From contig JAPDFW010000136.1 of assembly GCA_028826165.1 (NCBI GenBank), positions 186,001-250,000 on the forward strand: a stretch of 64,000 bases of DNA, read 5' to 3'. Below the pieces are notes generated by a model, which saw only the letters and a list, made by a program, of their open reading frames with translations, made no database searches and was not told the origin of the DNA. Below are positions 61,070 through 64,000 of this stretch, one piece after another; position 1 is the stretch's first letter; every line of letters starts with the position of its first letter. Position numbers and translations under genes: made by a program. The DNA comes from Anaeramoeba ignava BMAN. Its lineage: Eukaryota > Protista > Anaeramoebae.

Positions 61070-63586
61070 TTAAACATAAACTTGTTTAATATCTGAAATT
61101 TTGGCAGGTTTTTTACAAGTTGGACATTTTTGTTTTCTTTGAACATAAGATTCAATACATTTTCTACAAAAAGTATGAGGACATACTTTTAAAGTACAAA
61201 TTTCTGTTTTTGGATTTCCACAAATGTCACATTTGTTTTTTTGTTCGTCTTCTTCTTTTTCTTTTATTTTCATTTTTTTTGCTTCTTTATATTTTGTTTC
61301 ATCTTCTTCTATTATTTTTTTTACTTCTTTTCGGATTTGTTCAATTTCTTCAATTATTTCAAAATCTCTTTGAATAACTTGACTAAATTATATTTTTTAA
61401 TTAAATTATATTTTGAAAATAAATTATATTTTGAAATTAAATTATATTTTGTAATTAAATTATATTTTATAATTAAATTATATTTTATAATTAAATTATA
61501 TTTTGAAATTAAATTATATTTTGAAATTAAATTATATTTTGAAATTAAATTATATTTTTAAATTAAATTATATTTTGAAATTAAATTATATTTTTAAATT
61601 AAATTATATTTTGTAATTAAATTATATTTTTGGAATTAAATTATATTTTATAATTAAATCATATTTTGTAATTAAATTATATTTTTGGAATTAAATTATA
61701 TTTTTAAATTAAATTATATTTTTGAAATTAAATCATATTTTGTAATTAAATTATATTTTGAAATTAAATTATATTTTGTAATTAAATTATATTTTGTAAT
61801 TAAATTATATTTTGAAATTAAATTATATTTTGTAATTAAATTATATTTTATAATTAAAATATATTTTGGAATTAAATTATATTTTGTAATTAAATTATAT
61901 TTTGGAATTAAATTATATTTTGTAATTAAATTATATTTTTAAATTAAATTATATTTTGTAATTAAATTATATTTTTAAATTAAATTATATTTTTGTAATT
62001 AAATTATATTTTGTAATTAAATTATATTTTTAAATTAAATTATATTTTGTAATTAAATTATATTTTGGAATTAAATTATATTTTGAAATTAAAATATATT
62101 TTTGTAATTAAATTATATTTTATAATTAAAATATATTTTGGAATTAAATTATATTTTATAATTAAATTATATTTTTAATTAAATTATATTTTTGTAATTA
62201 AATTATATTTTGTAATTAAATTATATTTTGTAATTAAATTATATTTTTTAAATTAAATTATATTTTTAAATTAAATTATATTTTGTGAATTAAATTATAT
62301 TTTGTAATTAAATTATATTTTGGAATTAAATTATATTTTGGAATTAAATTATATTTTGAAATTAAATTATATTTTTAAATTAAATTATATTTTGTAATTA
62401 AATTATATTTTTAAATTAAATTATATTTTGTAATTAAATTATATTTTTAATTAAATTATATTTTGTAATTAAATTATATTTTTGTAATTAAATTATATTT
62501 TGGAATTAAATTATATTTTGGAATTAAATTATATTTTTGAAATTAAATTATATTTTGTAATTAAATTATATTTTTGTAATTAAAATTATATTTTGAAATT
62601 AAATTATATTTTGGAATTAAATTATATTTTGTAATTAAATTATATTTTGAAATTAAATTATATTTTTGTAATTAAATTATATTTTTAAATTAAAATATAT
62701 TTTTAAATTAAATTATATTTTGCAATTAAATTATATTTTTAAATTAAATTATATTTTGAAATTAAATTATATTTTGAAATTAAATTATATTTTGTAATTA
62801 AATTATATTTTTAAATTAAATTATATTTTGTAATTAAATTATATTTTTAAATTAAATTATATTTTTAAATTAAATTATATTTTGTAATTAAATTATATTT
62901 TAAATTAAATTATATTTTTAATTAAATTATATTTTGAAATTAAATTATATTTTTAAATTAAATTATATTTTGTAATTAAATTATATTTTATAATTAAATT
63001 ATATTTTTAAATTAAATTATATTTTGTAATTAAATTATATTTTTAATTAAATTATATTTTTAAATTAAATTATATTTTTGACTAAATTATATTTTGTAAT
63101 TAAATTATATTTTGTAATTAAATTATATTTTGTAATTAAATTATATTTTGAAATTAAATTATATTTTTAAATTAAATTATATTTTTAAATTAAATTATAT
63201 TTTTAAATTAAATTATATTTTGTAATTAAATTATATTTTGTAATTAAATTATATTTTTGTAATTAAATTAAATATTGTAATTAAATTATATTTTGTAATT
63301 AAATTATATTTTGTAATTAAATTATATTTTGTAATTAAATTATATTTTGTAATTAAATTATATTTTGAAATTAAATTATATTTTTAAATTAAATTATATT
63401 TTGGAATTAAATTATATTTTTGAAATTAAATTATATTTTGTAATTAAATTATATTTTGAAATTAAATTATATTTTGTAATTAAATTATATTTTTAAATTA
63501 AATTATATTTTTGTAATTAAATTATATTTTTAAATTAAATTATATTTTTAAATTAAATTATATTTTGTAATTAAAACAAACCTCAT
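61070..63586 (-). CDS. Small C3HC4 RING-finger protein. Coding exons 63586-63582 (ATGAG) and 61382-61070
   Basis: CDIC..CPHTFCRKC..CPTC; ATG AG|GTTTGT ... TTTAG|T CAA GTT ATT gives MSQVIQRDF.. in frame with ORF 61070-61273. Confidence 0.82.
61385..63575. repeat. 18-bp satellite (AATTAAATTATATTTTGT)n making up the 2.2-kb RING gene intron
   Basis: Direct tandem repeat filling 63581-61383. Confidence 0.95.
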
Positions 63587-63696
63587 TTAAAAATAAATGG
63601 AAAAATGGAAAAATGAAAAATGGAAAATGGAAAAATGAAAAATGAAAAAAAAATATTTTTTAAAAATCATTTTTTTATTTTTTCATTTTTTAAAAA

Positions 63697-64000
63697 ATGG
63701 ATCCTCTTAAAATAACTAAAAATGAAATGGAATTAATGATAAAAAACTTTTCAAAAATATTTGATACAGCTAAAATTAATAAAAATCCTCAAAATTATCA
63801 AGAAACATTTCAATTATTACTTCAAGCAGAACAAATTGTTATTTTTAAAAAAATTTTAAAAAAAAAGTTTCATTTAAAATCCAATTAAAAAAATAAATAA
63901 AAAATTCAATCATTTTTTTTAGGCTGTTTCTTCTCAAAATATTTTACAAGTTATTTCAGAATTAAAGAGAGTATTAATAATTAGTGATGATGTTTCAAGA
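63697..64000 (+). CDS. 5' end of a hypothetical protein. Exons 63697-63837 and 63923->64000
   Basis: ATG after TCATT motifs; GT..TTTTAG intron in phase 0; continues AVSSQNILQVISELKRVLIISDDVSR. Confidence 0.6.

Overview
Extremely AT-rich eukaryotic genomic DNA with spliceosomal GT-AG introns and the standard genetic code (TAA, TAG and TGA all end genes). The poly-NQ/NE tracts, RCC1-BTB and BTB-TLDc family expansions and TCATT initiator-like motifs suggest an anaerobic metamonad protist such as Anaeramoeba; this is inference only. Many single-base indels in A/T homopolymers break the ORFs and look like long-read consensus errors, so most gene models were rebuilt by hand. Left 40 kb, mostly single-copy genes: TRAPPC8, ubiquitin-eS31 with an atypical LRLLGG junction, a pseudokinase/PARP-like fusion, a giant TPR protein, an enolase with an N-terminal docking-domain extension and prokaryote-like signatures, a bacterial-type PTP-like phytase, a CH-CH/FN3 protein, CCZ1, an FG-GAP/FN3 surface protein, TSEN54 and a divergent ARF-like GTPase. 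Several introns are inflated to 1-2.2 kb by 12- or 18-bp satellites. Right 24 kb, the most interesting part: a co-oriented, recently amplifying cluster of ubiquitin-ligase-type genes. It holds three RCC1-BTB genes whose variation is concentrated in propeller loops, two BTB-TLDc genes on a ~4.3-4.5 kb tandem duplication, a 22-exon ARM-repeat gene built from symmetric phase-1 one-repeat exons (15 of exactly 129 bp), and a RING gene. Together these resemble a diversified, immune-like substrate-recognition locus. No rRNA, tRNA, CRISPR, transposase, reverse transcriptase or intein was recognised.
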